From contig NC_043012.1 of assembly GCF_006345805.1 (NCBI RefSeq), forward strand, positions 47,988,001 to 48,052,000: a stretch of 64,000 nt of DNA, in the 5' to 3' direction. Source of the DNA: Octopus sinensis (Eukaryota). The stretch's first letter is position 1; every line of letters starts with the position of its first letter. The notes beneath the pieces were generated by a model. The model ran no database searches, was not told the origin of the DNA, and saw nothing but the letters and a program-made list of their open reading frames with translations. The translations under genes and the position numbers were made by a program. Positions 1 through 13,140 of this stretch are shown here, one piece after another.

Positions 1-1483
1 TAAGAGTCCTGAAGAGAACTGCGTTATTTATTTTATTTTCTTACTTAAAGAACGTGTTGGTTGGGGGAAAAATTATAAAACGCTGGAGCAGTGAATACAC
101 TCAGTTCTGGCTCAAAAGCTAGAAGATTAATCAATGAGCTTTATTCTATCATAATATCTAACAAAGAGTTCTTAAGATCGATATAATATGAAACAATAAA
201 TTTTAAAACTCATAGTTAATTTTGCTTTATTGTTGTGTTGAAATCTCTGTTGAAATGTCAAGCATTTCAATACTTCAGATCTATCTCCCAAACCAACTTA
301 AAAACCATAATATATCTATTTGAAACGGATTCAAGAAAGAATTTTCAAGGATTTATGTGGCTGGCTGCTATTATCATCTCGGAGAATGATTCAAGACGAG
401 GAATTGTCGAAGAAATAGAAGAATAAAAAATAAACATAGAGGAAGAAATTACATACTCTGAAAATAAATCACACGACTATATCCATATTACTTCTTATGA
501 GCAGAAATAAATATAGAACAAATAGCCATGCGTTTTATGTGTTAGAATGTAAATGTAATTTGCTTTATACCTAAGTAAAGACAGTCAAACACCCATATAC
601 ATACATTCGCATAAACACAAACACACTGACAAGCACTCGTATACATATTAACACGCACACGTACGTAAGGACACAGACATACATACACACATAGTTTATA
701 TATGTTTCCAACTACGTGTCTGTATTTGTACGTGCTAATGAGTAAAAATCATGTCGAAGGTTCATTCAGAACAGCACGTTTATACTAATACCGACATTTT
801 CCCACTAATCCTGGATAATATTTGTGCAACTCACTTAAACGTGGAAAGTCTAAATGAAATGCCTAAAGCTGATCTGGTGATGGTGGGCGGAATCCCAAAC
901 TTGATTTGGTAAATTAGATGTAGATTTTCACTGCAAAACATCCATTTCAAACAGTTTGAGTGAAATATCAATTCTACACGAAATGGCTGCACAAGATTAA
1001 TATGTAAATGAAATATTATTTAGTCTACGCAACTAATCCTGTAATAAATGGATTATTTATATATTACTTTGCTTATATATTTATTCGTGATTTTTCTTCT
1101 TTTGAGCAGCGACAAAAATTATATCTGTTGACCTACACTGAAAGACAGAAAATTATAAGAAGAGAGAACAGAGGAACAAAGTGACTGCAGTAGTTTATAG
1201 TACTCTATTTTTAACTGATAGTTGTTATTCTATCGACTTCTCTTACTTATATAGAAATTTCTTAGATGGCCTCATTTATACGATGTTATGAATAAAATCG
1301 ACACACTATATCGTACATGACACTATATCGATGATGGAAGCTTATAAAATACAATAACAGTAGTTTCCATGTTCAGAATGTAGCCATAAATCCCAGCAGG
1401 GATATGGTGATAATATCGAACTCAGTACGTTATTTACATTATTTACATTTGATGGATATTTATCCTTATCTTGTTTGTTGTTA

Positions 1484-1527
1484 GCACAACGTTTCGGGTG
1501 ATATACCCCCCAGCTTTCTTCAGGTGC
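1484..1527 (-). ncRNA. Minimal type I hammerhead ribozyme motif at a PLE 3' repeat; stem II damaged
   Basis: Minus strand reads GCAC-CTGAAGA-aagctggggggtatatcaccc-GAAAC-GT-T-GTGC. Stem I GCAC/GTGC is perfect, the core and a loopless palindromic stem III are present, and stem II is imperfect. It lies downstream of a PLE GIY-YIG region on the same strand. Confidence 0.7.
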
Positions 1528-1574
1528 CCTGGAGAAATTTCGAACCTGGATTCTCATTCCTAAGATATTTTTTG

Positions 1575-1744
1575 ATGTTGTTGTTGTCGTTGTTGTTGTT
1601 GTTGTAGCTGTTGTTGTTGCTGTTGTTGTTGTTGTTGTTGCTGCTGTTCTTCTTCTTCTTCTTCTTCTTCTTCTTCTTCTTCTTCTTCTTCTTCTTCTTC
1701 TTCTTCTTCTTCTTCTTCTTCTTCTTCTTCTTCTTCTTTTTCTT

Positions 1745-1776
<32 letters not shown>
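1575..1776. repeat. Compound trinucleotide microsatellite (GTT/GCT)n-(CTT)n-(ATT)n
   Basis: Read directly. It produces the artefactual poly-R/T and poly-N/K ORFs. Confidence 0.97.
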
Positions 1777-1782
1777 GACTCA

Positions 1783-1853
1783 GGTCACTGCCTGGAATCG
1801 AACTCTGAATCCTGCGGTTAGTAGCCAACGCTCTTTACCCCTAAGACGTGGGC
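1783..1853 (-). other. tRNA-derived head (Pol III B-box), tRNA-Asn-like, not a functional tRNA
   Basis: Minus strand: gcccacgtcttaggggtaaagagcgttggctactaaccgcaggattcagagttcgattccaggcagtgacc. B-box GAGTTCGATTCC and an anticodon-arm-like ttgg-ctactaa-ccg are visible; acceptor stem is poor. Confidence 0.65.
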
Positions 1854-1874
1854 AATTATAGAGTGAATTTTGGG

Positions 1875-2860
1875 GCTTATAAATCCAGTATTTTCCCATA
1901 TTATACTCATATCTGCACTAGGTGTGCTTAGGGGGTTATTATGTCCTAGCATATGAGCTACTTCTTTTAGTAAACATATTTTCCAGTTGTGTTATCTATA
2001 TATTATTTTAACTTCATCCTACAGGGTGGTTTCCGTTTTTCCATACATGATCAGCTCTACCCAATTTATCAATATCTACTTGTGTCATAGCCTTGAGATG
2101 TTCCTCAACCCTTATTTTGAAGGGGCAGCATGTTTCACCTTTGTATAACCTACCACAGATTCATGGGATTGAGTACACTCAGTCTTTCGCCAATCATCTT
2201 CCATTGGTGGTTTTACTAGAAGGAGATTTTTGCGAAGTGTTGTATTACTCTTGAATACCGTCCTGATGTCATATGGGCCGCATATCTTTTATATCTTTTC
2301 AGAGAGGCCTTTCACATAGGGTAGATAGACTGTGGTCAGTTTATGTGTTTCATCCGCTCTTCTCTTCATAACCGGAGTGGATAGTATGTTTTTGGGGTAG
2401 TTATTGCTTAATATATCGTTACTTAGCTTGATCATTTTTTTCGCGGTGTGTATCAGGATCGCTGCTTGTATTCTTTACTCGATATTTTAGACACTGAGCA
2501 ATTCCTCTCTTTACACTGTATCGCTGGTGGGAATTGGAGTTAATGTATCGTCCAGTAAAGGTCAGCTTGCGATATACGGATGTCCTGGATACATACTTTG
2601 TGCGAGTTATTAATACGTCCAGGAATGCTAGCTGATTGTCTTCTTCCTTTTCCCTTGCGAACTGTATTGATGGCTTCCTTGAATTCACATGATCTAACAG
2701 TACTTGGACATCCTCCTGGTGGAGCCAGAGTATATAGGAGTCATCAACATTGGGTTGGTCTTAGAGGTGTTGATCCTAAAGCCAAATTCTCAAAGTATTC
2801 CATGTATATATTGGCTATTATCAGTGATAATAGCGAACCCATAGCTAAACCCTCTTCTGT

Positions 2861-2899
<39 letters not shown>

Positions 2900-3150
2900 T
2901 GTCTAATCTGAAATAGGTAGTTTCCATACAGAAGGTCAACATTTCCATCAAGTTTCCTATTGGTATACTAGTGCGTTCTTTTAGATAGGTGTCTGTCACC
3001 AGTTTTACTTGAATCAACAATAGTTCTTCATCAATTCGGAGTTTGGAGAACAGATTTATCACACCTGACTCACCATCTAGTTGGGGGGTATCCTTGATTA
3101 ATTCTGTGAAGTGGATGGAATTCTTTACGTACGAAGTTAACATTCTTGCT
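1875..3150 (-). mobile_element. Penelope-like element, 5'-truncated and decayed (RT C-terminal half plus GIY-YIG)
   Basis: ORFs 2790-3143 (VKNSIHFTELIK...FCMETTYF) and 2419-2688 (IQFAREKEEDNQLAFLDVLITR...VYRKLTFTGRY) match PLE RT motifs. The GIY-YIG region follows and is homologous to the plus-strand copy at 3231-3640. An (AT)n tract interrupts the RT near 2863-2896. Confidence 0.9.
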
Positions 3151-3166
3151 ATATAATCAATCCATT

Positions 3167-3640
3167 AGCAGGAAAGTCAGCATTATACATGAAGAATTCC
3201 ATCCACTTCACAGACTTGATGAAAGATAAGCTACCCACAAAACATACTATCCACTCCAATTATGAAGAGAAGGGAGGATGAAACCCATAAACTGACCGCA
3301 GTCTGTCTACTGTATGTGAAAGTCCTCTCGGAAGATATGCAAAAGATATGCGGCCCATATGACATCAGGACAGTATTGAAGTGTAATACAACGCTTTGCA
3401 AATATCTCTTCCGTGTAAAACCACCAATAGAAGAGAATATGACCAAAGACTGCGTGTACTCCATCCCATGCAGCTGTGGTAGGTTATAAAAAGGCGAAAC
3501 ATGCCGCCCCTCAATATAAGGGTCGAGGAACATCTCAAAGCTGTAACACAGGAAAATATTGATAAATCGAGTATTGCTGATCATGTATGGAGAAGCGGGT
3601 ACCACCTCCCCCTGTGGAATGAAGTTAAAATAATAGGAAA
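3167..3640 (+). mobile_element. Inverted, internally deleted second copy of the same PLE (short RT piece fused to GIY-YIG)
   Basis: 3167-3228 is the reverse complement homologue of about 3090-3150. From 3231 it matches the reverse complement of about 1990-2400 (CVYSIPCSCGRL, IRVEEHLKA, IADHVW, LWNEVKII). Confidence 0.88.
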
Positions 3641-3641
3641 A

Positions 3642-3812
3642 TACGATAGAGAGTGTAAGTCGATTATATCGGCCCCAACTAGTACTTATTTCATCGACAC
3701 CGAAATGATGAAAGGCAAAGTCGACCTCTTCGGAATTTGAACTCAGAACATAATGGCGGATGAAATGTCGCGAGGCATTTTCCCCGGCGAGCTAACGACT
3801 CTCCCAGCTTGA
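3642..3812 (-). mobile_element. tRNA-derived SINE, family B
   Basis: Reverse complement of ...gttctgagttcaaattcc...gtcgactttgcctttcatc...gtcgatgaaataagtac; the same core recurs at several other loci in the window. Confidence 0.8.
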
Positions 3813-4198
3813 AGCCTTACACGCAATACCAGATATTGGCAGCAAGGCTAGTCGTCTAAGTCGACTACGGTAGTTGATTGTTTATGAATAAATTGTGATA
3901 TTTGTTAATGCTGATCATGACACACAGTGCTTACCCTGCAGGATACGAAAGGAACTACTAGTTATAGTCAGAATGTCTTTAAATCATGGATTTTTAAAAA
4001 TTATAACTGACTAAAGGTAAATAACTACCTTAAGGAATGAATAGAGTGGTGATTCCTGTAATATTTGTAATCATTATGGAAACGGATGTTAGTTCATTCC
4101 GCAAATTATGAATTTACCGTTCCAACGAGTCTGACGTTCCAACAATCAACACCGCGTCCTCAGAGATACAAATGATATCAATGATAATTATCTTTAAT

Positions 4199-4625
4199 AG
4201 GCGTAGGAGTGGCTGTGTGGTAAGTAGCTTGCTTACGAACCACATGGTTCCGGGGTCAGTCCCACTGCGTGGGCAAGTGTCTTCTACTATAGCCTCGGGT
4301 TAACCAAAGCCTTGTGAGTGGATTTGGTAGACGGAAACTGAAACATGTCCGTCGTATATATGTATATATATGTATATCTATATGTGTGAGTGCGTGTGCG
4401 TGTGTGTGTATGTATGTTTGGGTGTATGTGTTTGTCCCCCAACGTCGCTTGACAACCGATGCTGGTGTGTTTACGTCCCCATAACTTAGAAGTTCGGCAA
4501 AAGAGACAGATATAATAAGTACTAGAAAAGCAAAGAATAAGTTCTGGGGTCTATTTGCTCGACTAAAGGCGGTGCTCCAGCATGGCCACAGTCAAATGAG
4601 TGAAACAAGTAAAAGAGAGTAAAGA
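4199..4625 (+). mobile_element. tRNA-derived SINE, family A, full length with central microsatellite
   Basis: ggcgtaggagtggctgtgtggtaag head, gtggatttggtagacggaaactg core, (TA/TG)n centre, ...gaaacaagtaaaagag tail; multiple copies in the window. Confidence 0.88.
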
Positions 4626-5029
4626 ATAATACAGGAACAAGTTCATAAATTTGGCGAATGGGAAAACTTGATTATACCGACTCGAAAGACAGGAAGGAGC
4701 AGATGAATGGAAAGCATTTGAACTCTGTACGAAGATTGAAAAATATATTACAAAGTATGAAGCTTGAACACTGCTTGGTGTTATTCATGCATACAATAAG
4801 CAACTTAGAATAAGCTTGCAAAGTGAAACCGTCTAAAATATACTTACTTAAGAAAACAGAAGAAAGGAACAGAGATGTTATACAATGTATTAGGAAATAT
4901 TAATTATAATAACTTACAAAACTCATTACAGAAGAATAATTAAATGATCAAATATAATTTAGAATCATATAACTGAAATGAAAACTTTGAAACTGAGAAA
5001 ACTATACCATACACATGATTATTGTTGCT

Positions 5030-5430
5030 TAGATTAGATCAGGCGAGTCCATAACTTCGATCATCTACTAATCTTTGCATTGTCCATACTGTCCCTTCAC
5101 AACCTCATATCGATGCCGATATCTTTGGTGCTCATTCCTTTCCTGTAGTGTAACACAAATTTGACTACGAACGAATCATTGGACTCTATTATTAGCATTC
5201 TGTAACATGAACTGTGTATTCCACAGTAACAGTTGTAATTTTAGCTCATGTGAAGGGTTGTAATACACAAGCTCAACCTGTATTTTCCTCCTCACTTCCA
5301 ATTTGAATACAATACTCATGGCTCCATAAGTCATGCCACTACCAAAGAAGGAATTTTGATAATGCGCTGGCTAGATCTGTCTACAATTGAGCATTTCACG
5401 GACATAGAGGCATTGGTTGCTTTCAGCATA
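5030..5430 (-). mobile_element. Possible highly decayed RTE-type LINE C-terminal fragment
   Basis: Weak resemblance on the minus strand to the RTE post-RT region (…DDxKLWT-like); many stops. Confidence 0.3.
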
Positions 5431-6312
5431 CATATATATATATGTTATTTCTTAGTCTCTTTCTATTCAATAAGGGGCTGAATTAGAAAACGCCATATTT
5501 TCTCGCATGGCTGTGAGACGAGTTATTTAGTATTTTTTCCCACAAGATAATTCATATCTGGAATAAGGGTTACCTTGTTGAAACGAAGTGTAAAATTGTC
5601 GTGTTACCATTAAACGTATTGAAATGTTTCTTCAGAGCTATTTATGTTTTTACCAAGAAAGCATTCAAAATATTTCAATGAACACACAACCATCGTAAGA
5701 GCGTCAAGACAGTGTGCGAAAAGAGATTTTTAAATTTATACTTATTTAATTTTTTGGCTTATTCTAATTGTTATTTCTATGTTTTTAAAGGAACAGAATA
5801 TCCGTTCAGCAATGCATCTCATCGTACGTGTTGCGGTGATGAAGGAAGACACAGACTAGACAAATGTACAAAATGGTGGGACAATATACAATATAAGCGA
5901 AGGTAAAGAAGAAAGATCCGGGTACAAAATCAAGAATGATGCGCTGCGTCATTTACGAAGTTTCATCGGATGGCAGCAATTAACAGATGACTGTATGTTG
6001 TTCGCGGTTGATAGCATAATCAATCTTCTGTGTAACGTAACGGAAAAATGTAAATGATAGGATACAGTTTGAAAGGACAAGAGGCGAATATACTTTCACA
6101 TTTCAGCATTTTATATCGCAGCAATCAGAAGTGAATATAAGTGCTTAATAAACATAATACCAACTTCATCCTTAGCCTAACTACACAACAGGTAACATGG
6201 ATGTCTACATAGATTGACTGAAATGAGAAATGTACACAGAAGTTTACAAATGTTTATTGGATTAGAAGAGGGTAAGAGATGATATTCTAATAGTACTTTT
6301 AAATTGAAGACT

Positions 6313-6525
6313 GGGAGCTGGCAAAATCGTTAGCACGTCGGGCGAAATGTTTAGCGATATTTCGGCCGTCTTTACTTTCTGAGTTTAATTTTCGCCTAGG
6401 TTAAATTTGCCTTTACTTATTTCGGGGTCGATAAAATAAGATCCAGTTGAATATTGAGGTCGATGTAATCGACTTAACCCTATCCCTGAAATCGCTGGCC
6501 TTGTGCTAAAACTAGAAATCAATAT
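6313..6525 (+). mobile_element. SINE family B (first of a tandem pair)
   Basis: gagctggcaaaatcgttagcacg head; ttcggggtcgataaaataag core. Confidence 0.85.
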
Positions 6526-6542
6526 TCCTTTACATTTAAATT

Positions 6543-6758
6543 AAGGCAGCGAGATGGCAGAATCATTAGCACGCCGGGCAAAATGTTTAGCGGCACTTCG
6601 TCCGCCTTCACATTTGAGTTCAAATTCCGCCAAGACCGACTTTAATTTTCATCCCTTCGGGGTCGATAAAATAAGTTTCAGTTGAATACTGGGATCGATG
6701 TAAACGACCTACTCCTCTCCTAAAATTGCTGGGCCTGTGCCAAATTTGAAACCAATAT
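6543..6758 (+). mobile_element. SINE family B (second of a tandem pair)
   Basis: aaggcagcgagatggcagaatcattagcacg head; gagttcaaattcc B-box; cttcggggtcgataaaataag core. Confidence 0.85.
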
Positions 6759-7439
6759 TTCTTCTCTTTCATTTATACATCCAAAAATTACAACTGAACG
6801 AATTGGGAATAAGCTGTTGTTCTTTACCTTCGGTCTGCTATAATCAAGTATATTCATGTTTAAAGGCATTCTGACGATAACTGTTACTTCTTTTTGAATC
6901 CTGCATTGTAGGCAGTGTGTAACATGGTAATTATAAATAATATCATTGTTTTGTAAGATGTTAAGGATCTGAGAAAGATTTATCTGCTATTACTAGCAGC
7001 TCATGTGAACACATTGAATCTTCGTTGGCAGTTAAGCTGGAGTGATGAGGTAATCTTGACAACTGAGTAAAGCAACAGAGTGGCTATAGACGCGCTGGAC
7101 AAGATACGTTGACACTCTTGCTCCTAGGTCAGCTCTGAGTAAGCAGACTTGAAATGAAGAGACATTCAATTCGCGACTGTCCGCAATTTTTTTCCTGCTT
7201 TAGGCACCTTATATCAAAGATCATATTGTTAAAGTGTACTTTCTTAATTTAATGCTGCACGAAGTGAGTTAAGGTGGGGTTGACTTTTTTATTTCCTGTA
7301 GGTCGTTAAATAAGTAAAACAGTTTTCTGCTTGCTGCGATATAAAACTCTGAAGTGTGAAAGTAATGTTGAGTAATTCTCCAAACAGACTTAACCTACAT
7401 AACTTAAGACAAATGAGTTATCTGAGTAGTTTTACGCTC

Positions 7440-8950
7440 TTCCTTTCTTCGTCCATGTTTTCTTTCTACTTCTTAAAGCATGTTTTCCTAGCTTACTTCC
7501 ATTCCCGTTCTCCTCATTCTCTTTTTCATGATTGCTTTTAATCCCTATCTCTTTTTTTTTTCTCTACCATCTTCCACTTACATATTTTCTTCTTTCTATT
7601 TTCTCTACCTTATTTTCCACATTGCCTTTCGATCACTTTTTAGTTTTTTTGTTTTTGTTATAGTTCTTTTTTTCTCTCATTTATTTTACTCTCCTTGTCT
7701 TCGCTTCCAATATTCAACTCTGCCTTCCAGCTCTATCTATTTTATTTTCCCCCTGCATACTATCAAAAGACATTTAGATATTCCCTTTCATCGCAGTTCC
7801 AATCGTTGTTTTATTTATATTTTCTTTACTTCTCTTCTCTTTTTTTTTTTTTCTTTTTCTTTCGCTTTATACCCCTCGAACTTATCCACTTAATTTATTG
7901 CCTTCTTTTTAGCGTTTCACTGCGGCCATCTTAGACCAGGCAACATGTCACTAGAAACATAATTCCCAACACTAAAGAGTGCATTGAAGTATACACTGGA
8001 ACGCACTCTAGCGGAAGGGACAAAATACATTATATATGCCCCCTTCCCCCTATTTATTCGCATTCTCTACAACTACAGTTTGAAAGCTTAGGTTTTTAAT
8101 GTTGATATTGCGGTTACTATTCTGTTGTTTTACGTTGTTTTTTCTTCTTATCGCCATTGTCGTCGTATTCATGGCAATTTATTTTCCTGTTGTTTTATAT
8201 ACATATTGGGTTGCAGTTGTTGTTTTTTGACTGGTTTGTCACATATTTTATTTTTTCTTATATATATATTTTGTTGTTGCTGATGCTGTAGGCTGGTCTG
8301 GTATTTATACTTGTTTTCTATTTAGGATTGTTTTTATCGATTTTTTCAGTGTGTGTGTATTTATAGTTGTTTAACTCCAGGTCAAGTAGACCTGTAAACA
8401 TGGACGTTCCTTACATATGTGTAAAAATCATAGGCACTTCAGCCTTGTCCATCGCGTCTTTTTTTTTCTGCATATATATTAATCTCCAATTTATTATAAT
8501 ATTTCTAAGGCTTTGGTGTGTGAATTGCTGTTGTTTCTAGTATTTCGTGCGACCATGTAGAGGTTTCCCCATGCTGGCTATCATAAAATTATGCCGCACC
8601 TACTGTTTTACTGTCCATTCGATGTTGTTGCTGCTGCTATTTATAAATTGCAACTGTTTATTGTTTCTCTTTTTGTGGTAGTTAGGTTGCTGTTGTTGTT
8701 GTGATACTAGTTGTGTTGGTGACCATTGTCGTAGACATCATCGTCATCGCTGTCGTCTCAGTCATGGTTGGTCGAATACTTATCGATGTCATGTTGCTAT
8801 TATTATTGTCGAAACATTTTCCCTTGTTGTAAATGTTTTATTTGCTGAACTGCTTGTACTTTATAAATTGTCTGTATATTATTATGTTTAACAGATTTAA
8901 TCATTTATTTGTTTATTGGAAAGCTCTTATTCTTGATTGTTCTTTGGATT
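7440..8950. repeat. Pyrimidine-rich then GTT-rich low-complexity tracts
   Basis: Strong T/C skew at 7440-7915 and degenerate gttgtt repeats at 8100-8950; the Phe/Ser-rich ORFs here are compositional. Confidence 0.7.
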
Positions 8951-10939
8951 TGAAGAAGTGATTGCAGTGGCGGTTGTCATTAGTTTCTATTCAAACTAAG
9001 CCGTTTAAAGACATTCCAGCGTGGGCCGTTCTTGTGTATTAGTGTGTGCGTGCATCTAGGACTACGTTGACCAATGTCTCCTTTATGAAGAACGTTAAGT
9101 GTAGATAGAGAGAATATGGCTGCCGCTTTTGACACGCGCTAATGCAGTGATAAACTGTGCCACTATCAAGAGTTAACATTATGTACAATATATTTCACTG
9201 ATAACGCTGCAAAGAAGGACTTCTGGGATTCATATTTAAAATAAATGTGATATTGTTGAAAATAAATTTGGAGCTGAGAATCGGAGTAAGGGACGTTTGT
9301 AGCTAATCGATTACTTTTAAAGACATGGGATCAAAATTTCGTTGTGTTTAGATTACTTTTCGAGCATATTAGACTTACCCAAAGATTTGTATTGACAGTT
9401 TGTGTTGTGAATTATTACTCCTGGGGATAGTACTAGAGTAGGGCTTGTTTCGTGAATAATACAGGTAATAAAAATTTATCACAGATATGGTTGCGTGGTA
9501 AGAAGTTTGCTACTAGACTTGACACCGTTCATTAATCGATGTGCATTCAAAGCAATGATTAGTAAATTCACGAAACCGGTATGCTTTTGAATCTCTTTAA
9601 CAATTCACAATAATGACTTTTATTACTATTATTCCTACCCCAGTTCATCTAATTGTATATATCTATCGTTACTTTTCATAAAAATCCTTTACTTTTTTTT
9701 ATTTTCAATGTGCATTTTCGCTTATTTTTCTTCTTACTTTCCCACTATATATATACATATATACATATATATATACATATATACATATATATATTGTGTG
9801 TGTATATGTGTGTGGGGATATCTGAATGTGTGTATGTGTGTGGGTGTGAATGGGCCTGTGTATCTGTGTATGTATGTTTAGGCTTGTGTATGCATGTCAA
9901 ATTATATTCACCACTTGTGCATACACACACACACACATGCGCGCGCGCATTTTTTCATCTGAAACGTATGTTGATACTGAAACATTGAACCGTGATGCAA
10001 TAGATGAAAGCATTTGAACCAAACTCACTTACGTTAATTTTTAGTCTATTATTATTTTATAATAGCATTGTGCTTATACACACACATATGTACGTGCCAA
10101 AAGTCGTTTGTCGCATCTCTACAATCTGTTAACTGATAATTCAACTGTAAACGGACAACAAAACTTTTGATGCATAATTGTTTATCATATTTTTGCAAAA
10201 TAATAAAATGAAGTAGGATATGAGTATGTGTATATGCGTATTTCTAATATAATCAATGTACAATAGCGCCAATGTAATATACGTTGCGCTCTATACAATG
10301 GACTGCGGCAATCAGTGTGTGTAATAGCAACCTTAACAAGGTATAGTGTATGGTCTGGCTGGGTCAGTTGATTCTTTAGATCGTTTGGTTGCTGCTCAAC
10401 ATTTTTCAACTAACCACGTGGTAAAGGTCAATTTGGTCATAGTTGAACTGGAGTTAAACAACCATCAGTATCATCATTGTTACTAAATGATTCATCATGG
10501 TCACACAGTTTTACTGCGATAGTAATGACCATCATCTTCTTCCTCCTCTTCTCCACGTTCACACCCCTCCTTATTATTATCATGAATGATAGCAAAACCA
10601 TGATCCTAATCTTCTCTCCTCCTCCTCCTCATCATCATCATCGTTTCTTTTATTGCCATTGCTATCGCATTTACAATCACTCAGTCTTTCATTACGAGAC
10701 GCTTATTTGGTGACATTGATGTAGTACATGTTAGATACAGTAACACAAGATGTATGCGCATTTAATATGAATTGTACACAATCGTAAGAAAGTATATAAT
10801 GCACATGCATGCGCGCGGATGAATAATCATGCATGTTAGGACATGAAAATAGATATTTATATGCGAATCGATTAATATATGGTTATACATTTATAGGTAT
10901 AAGCTATACACACACACACACATACACATACACACACAA

Positions 10940-11143
10940 ATAATGCTTAACGGAATTTTGCGCGGAACGAAATGCTTTGCGGTACTTCGCCCTTCGCTAC
11001 GTTCTGAGTTGAAATACTGCCGTGGTCGACTGTCCCTTACATCATTTCGGGGTCGATGAAATAAGTACCAGTTAAACACTGGTGTCAATGTAATCGACAA
11101 GCTCCCTTTTCCAAATTTCAGGCTCTCTGTCTATTGTAGAAAG
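10940..11143 (+). mobile_element. SINE family B, decayed
   Basis: gttctgagttgaaatactgccgtggtcgac...tttcggggtcgatgaaataagtaccag. Confidence 0.8.
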
Positions 11144-11978
11144 CGTGGATCTTTACAGTTTGGTTGCCAGCGGCTCCGAAAATTAAAGTTTACTGAAAAT
11201 TTTAAAATCTGCTCAATAAAACACTTGACCAAACTGAATTGATGGAGTTGTTTTTTTCTCCATAAAGATGCTTTTAAGCAGTTGTAGAGTTATAAAATTT
11301 GATCATTTTCATCCAGCCAGGAAACAGTATTTGGAAGCTGTCATTTTGTTTGTGACTACACATTTTGCCGTCAAAATCCTCAAAAGAAGACGTGTCAATA
11401 CTTTTAAAGAACACGTGTTATGTCTCCGGCAATTTTCTTTCACATAAATAAATGTTTATATCAATTTATCCAAAAAATCTTATTTAGCTGGGTTTTTTTT
11501 TTTTTGGCACACCTCACAACCACCTCAATTTTCAATGGTAAAAAGAAATCATAATAGAAGCGAAGTTACTGGAGCTTGCCGCCATAATCATGAAGAACGC
11601 AACGTCACATTTGCCAACATGTGCTTCCTCATACATAAAAGACTTTGCAAAAATTGCTGTCAACGCGCACTTCCTCGCAAATAAAGCACTTTTAAAAGAC
11701 TGTTACTATGGTAACAGGCGAAAGAGTCCTTATGTTCCGTTTCTTACTATCAAAACAGCTATGAATGTGTCTACAGCATACGATTGGCTAAAATTACCAA
11801 AATTTTCAAAATTTAATTACTAATGACTTTTATTTATTGATTTATAGCGAAAATTACTTTCACGTCATTAATCAGTCTATAAAAGTGTATCACTACACTG
11901 AATATAAAATGAATTCGAACACAAGATTGATGCTGGCAGCCTCTGGCAACCAAACAGAAAAGATCCGAAAGGGTCATG

Positions 11979-12027
<49 letters not shown>

Positions 12028-12035
12028 CATTATTA

Positions 12036-12101
<66 letters not shown>

Positions 12102-12108
12102 CATTATT

Positions 12109-12253
12109 GAGTGAGAGAGCAATGCATGCCATCAAAGTGACACTGGGGTAAAATATACAAAGCCCAGTTTACCCATCATGACTATCCGTCTGATAAGGGT
12201 ACACTAGGCACATGCATCACAACCATATGTGCGCGACATGGTGATCTGATATC
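12109..12253 (-). mobile_element. 3'-terminal fragment of the ~560-bp (AAT)n-associated element
   Basis: gagtgagagagcaatgcatgccatcaaagtgacactgggg... is homologous to 46741 onward and abuts an (ATT)n tract. Confidence 0.9.
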
Positions 12254-12302
12254 TGTTGTTGTTGTTGCTATTGTTCTTCTTATTATTATTAGTTATTGTT
12301 GT

Positions 12303-12352
<50 letters not shown>

Positions 12353-12877
12353 TAATTTTAAACAATTTTCGTCCTGTCCATAATAGGTCACCACCAAATT
12401 GAGAAAGGTCGGTTTCCTAGAAGTGGCCCTAGAGCAAATAATGTGCAAGTACTACTCCTACAGGTAGCTCAACTACTCTAGTATATCGCAGCCATCCTCT
12501 CACACACAAATACTGTAAACATACATAAGTATGCACGTACATGCACACACACACACACATGCACACACACACACGCGGAAATTACTTTTTCTTGTACATG
12601 TTTTATGCATTGGATTGCGGGTATTCTGGACACTAACTTGAATAATTTAACCAAACAAGTGAACTGCATTACTTCTTTTTAGATTCAGGTAGTTATTCTA
12701 ATATACATTTTTTACCCACTTGTTAACTTACGGGGGCGCAAAAAGTCCAGTGCTGGTTATCATGCTTTAGGTGAGGGACAAAAACACAAAAATGACAACC
12801 ATACACACATATATACATATACACACCTGTCCATTTGTTTTTTCTTTCTGTCTGTTTGTCTGTCTGTCTCTTTCTTT

Positions 12878-12932
<55 letters not shown>

Positions 12933-13004
12933 AATATAAAGATGCATATATACATATATATTTGTGTGTGTCTATGCGCGTGTGTTTGTATGATGGGCTT
13001 CCAC

Positions 13005-13140
13005 ACAGCTTCCTTCCACTAAATTCTATTGAAAGGCCTTGGTCTGCCCGGGTCTATATTAGAAGAGATTTGTCAAATGTGCCTCGCGGTACAACTAAAC
13101 GCGAAACCATAAGATTTTAAAAATAGCTTCTTAGCCACAC
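13005..13140 (-). mobile_element. SINE family A head, decayed
   Basis: Reverse complement of the gtgtggctaagaagct...cttctaatatag...ccaaggcct family A head. Confidence 0.6.

Noticed and set aside
5-62. AGTC-CTGAAGA...GAACGTGT-T-GGTT hammerhead-like pattern
   Set aside because: GAAA incomplete, no stem II and stem I relies on two wobbles; at best a decayed relic.
1342-1828. Poly-Arg/Thr and poly-Lys/Asn ORFs
   Set aside because: Translations of triplet microsatellites.
1783-1853. Functional tRNA gene
   Set aside because: Acceptor and anticodon stems do not pair well; treated as a tRNA-derived head, as are the SINE heads elsewhere.
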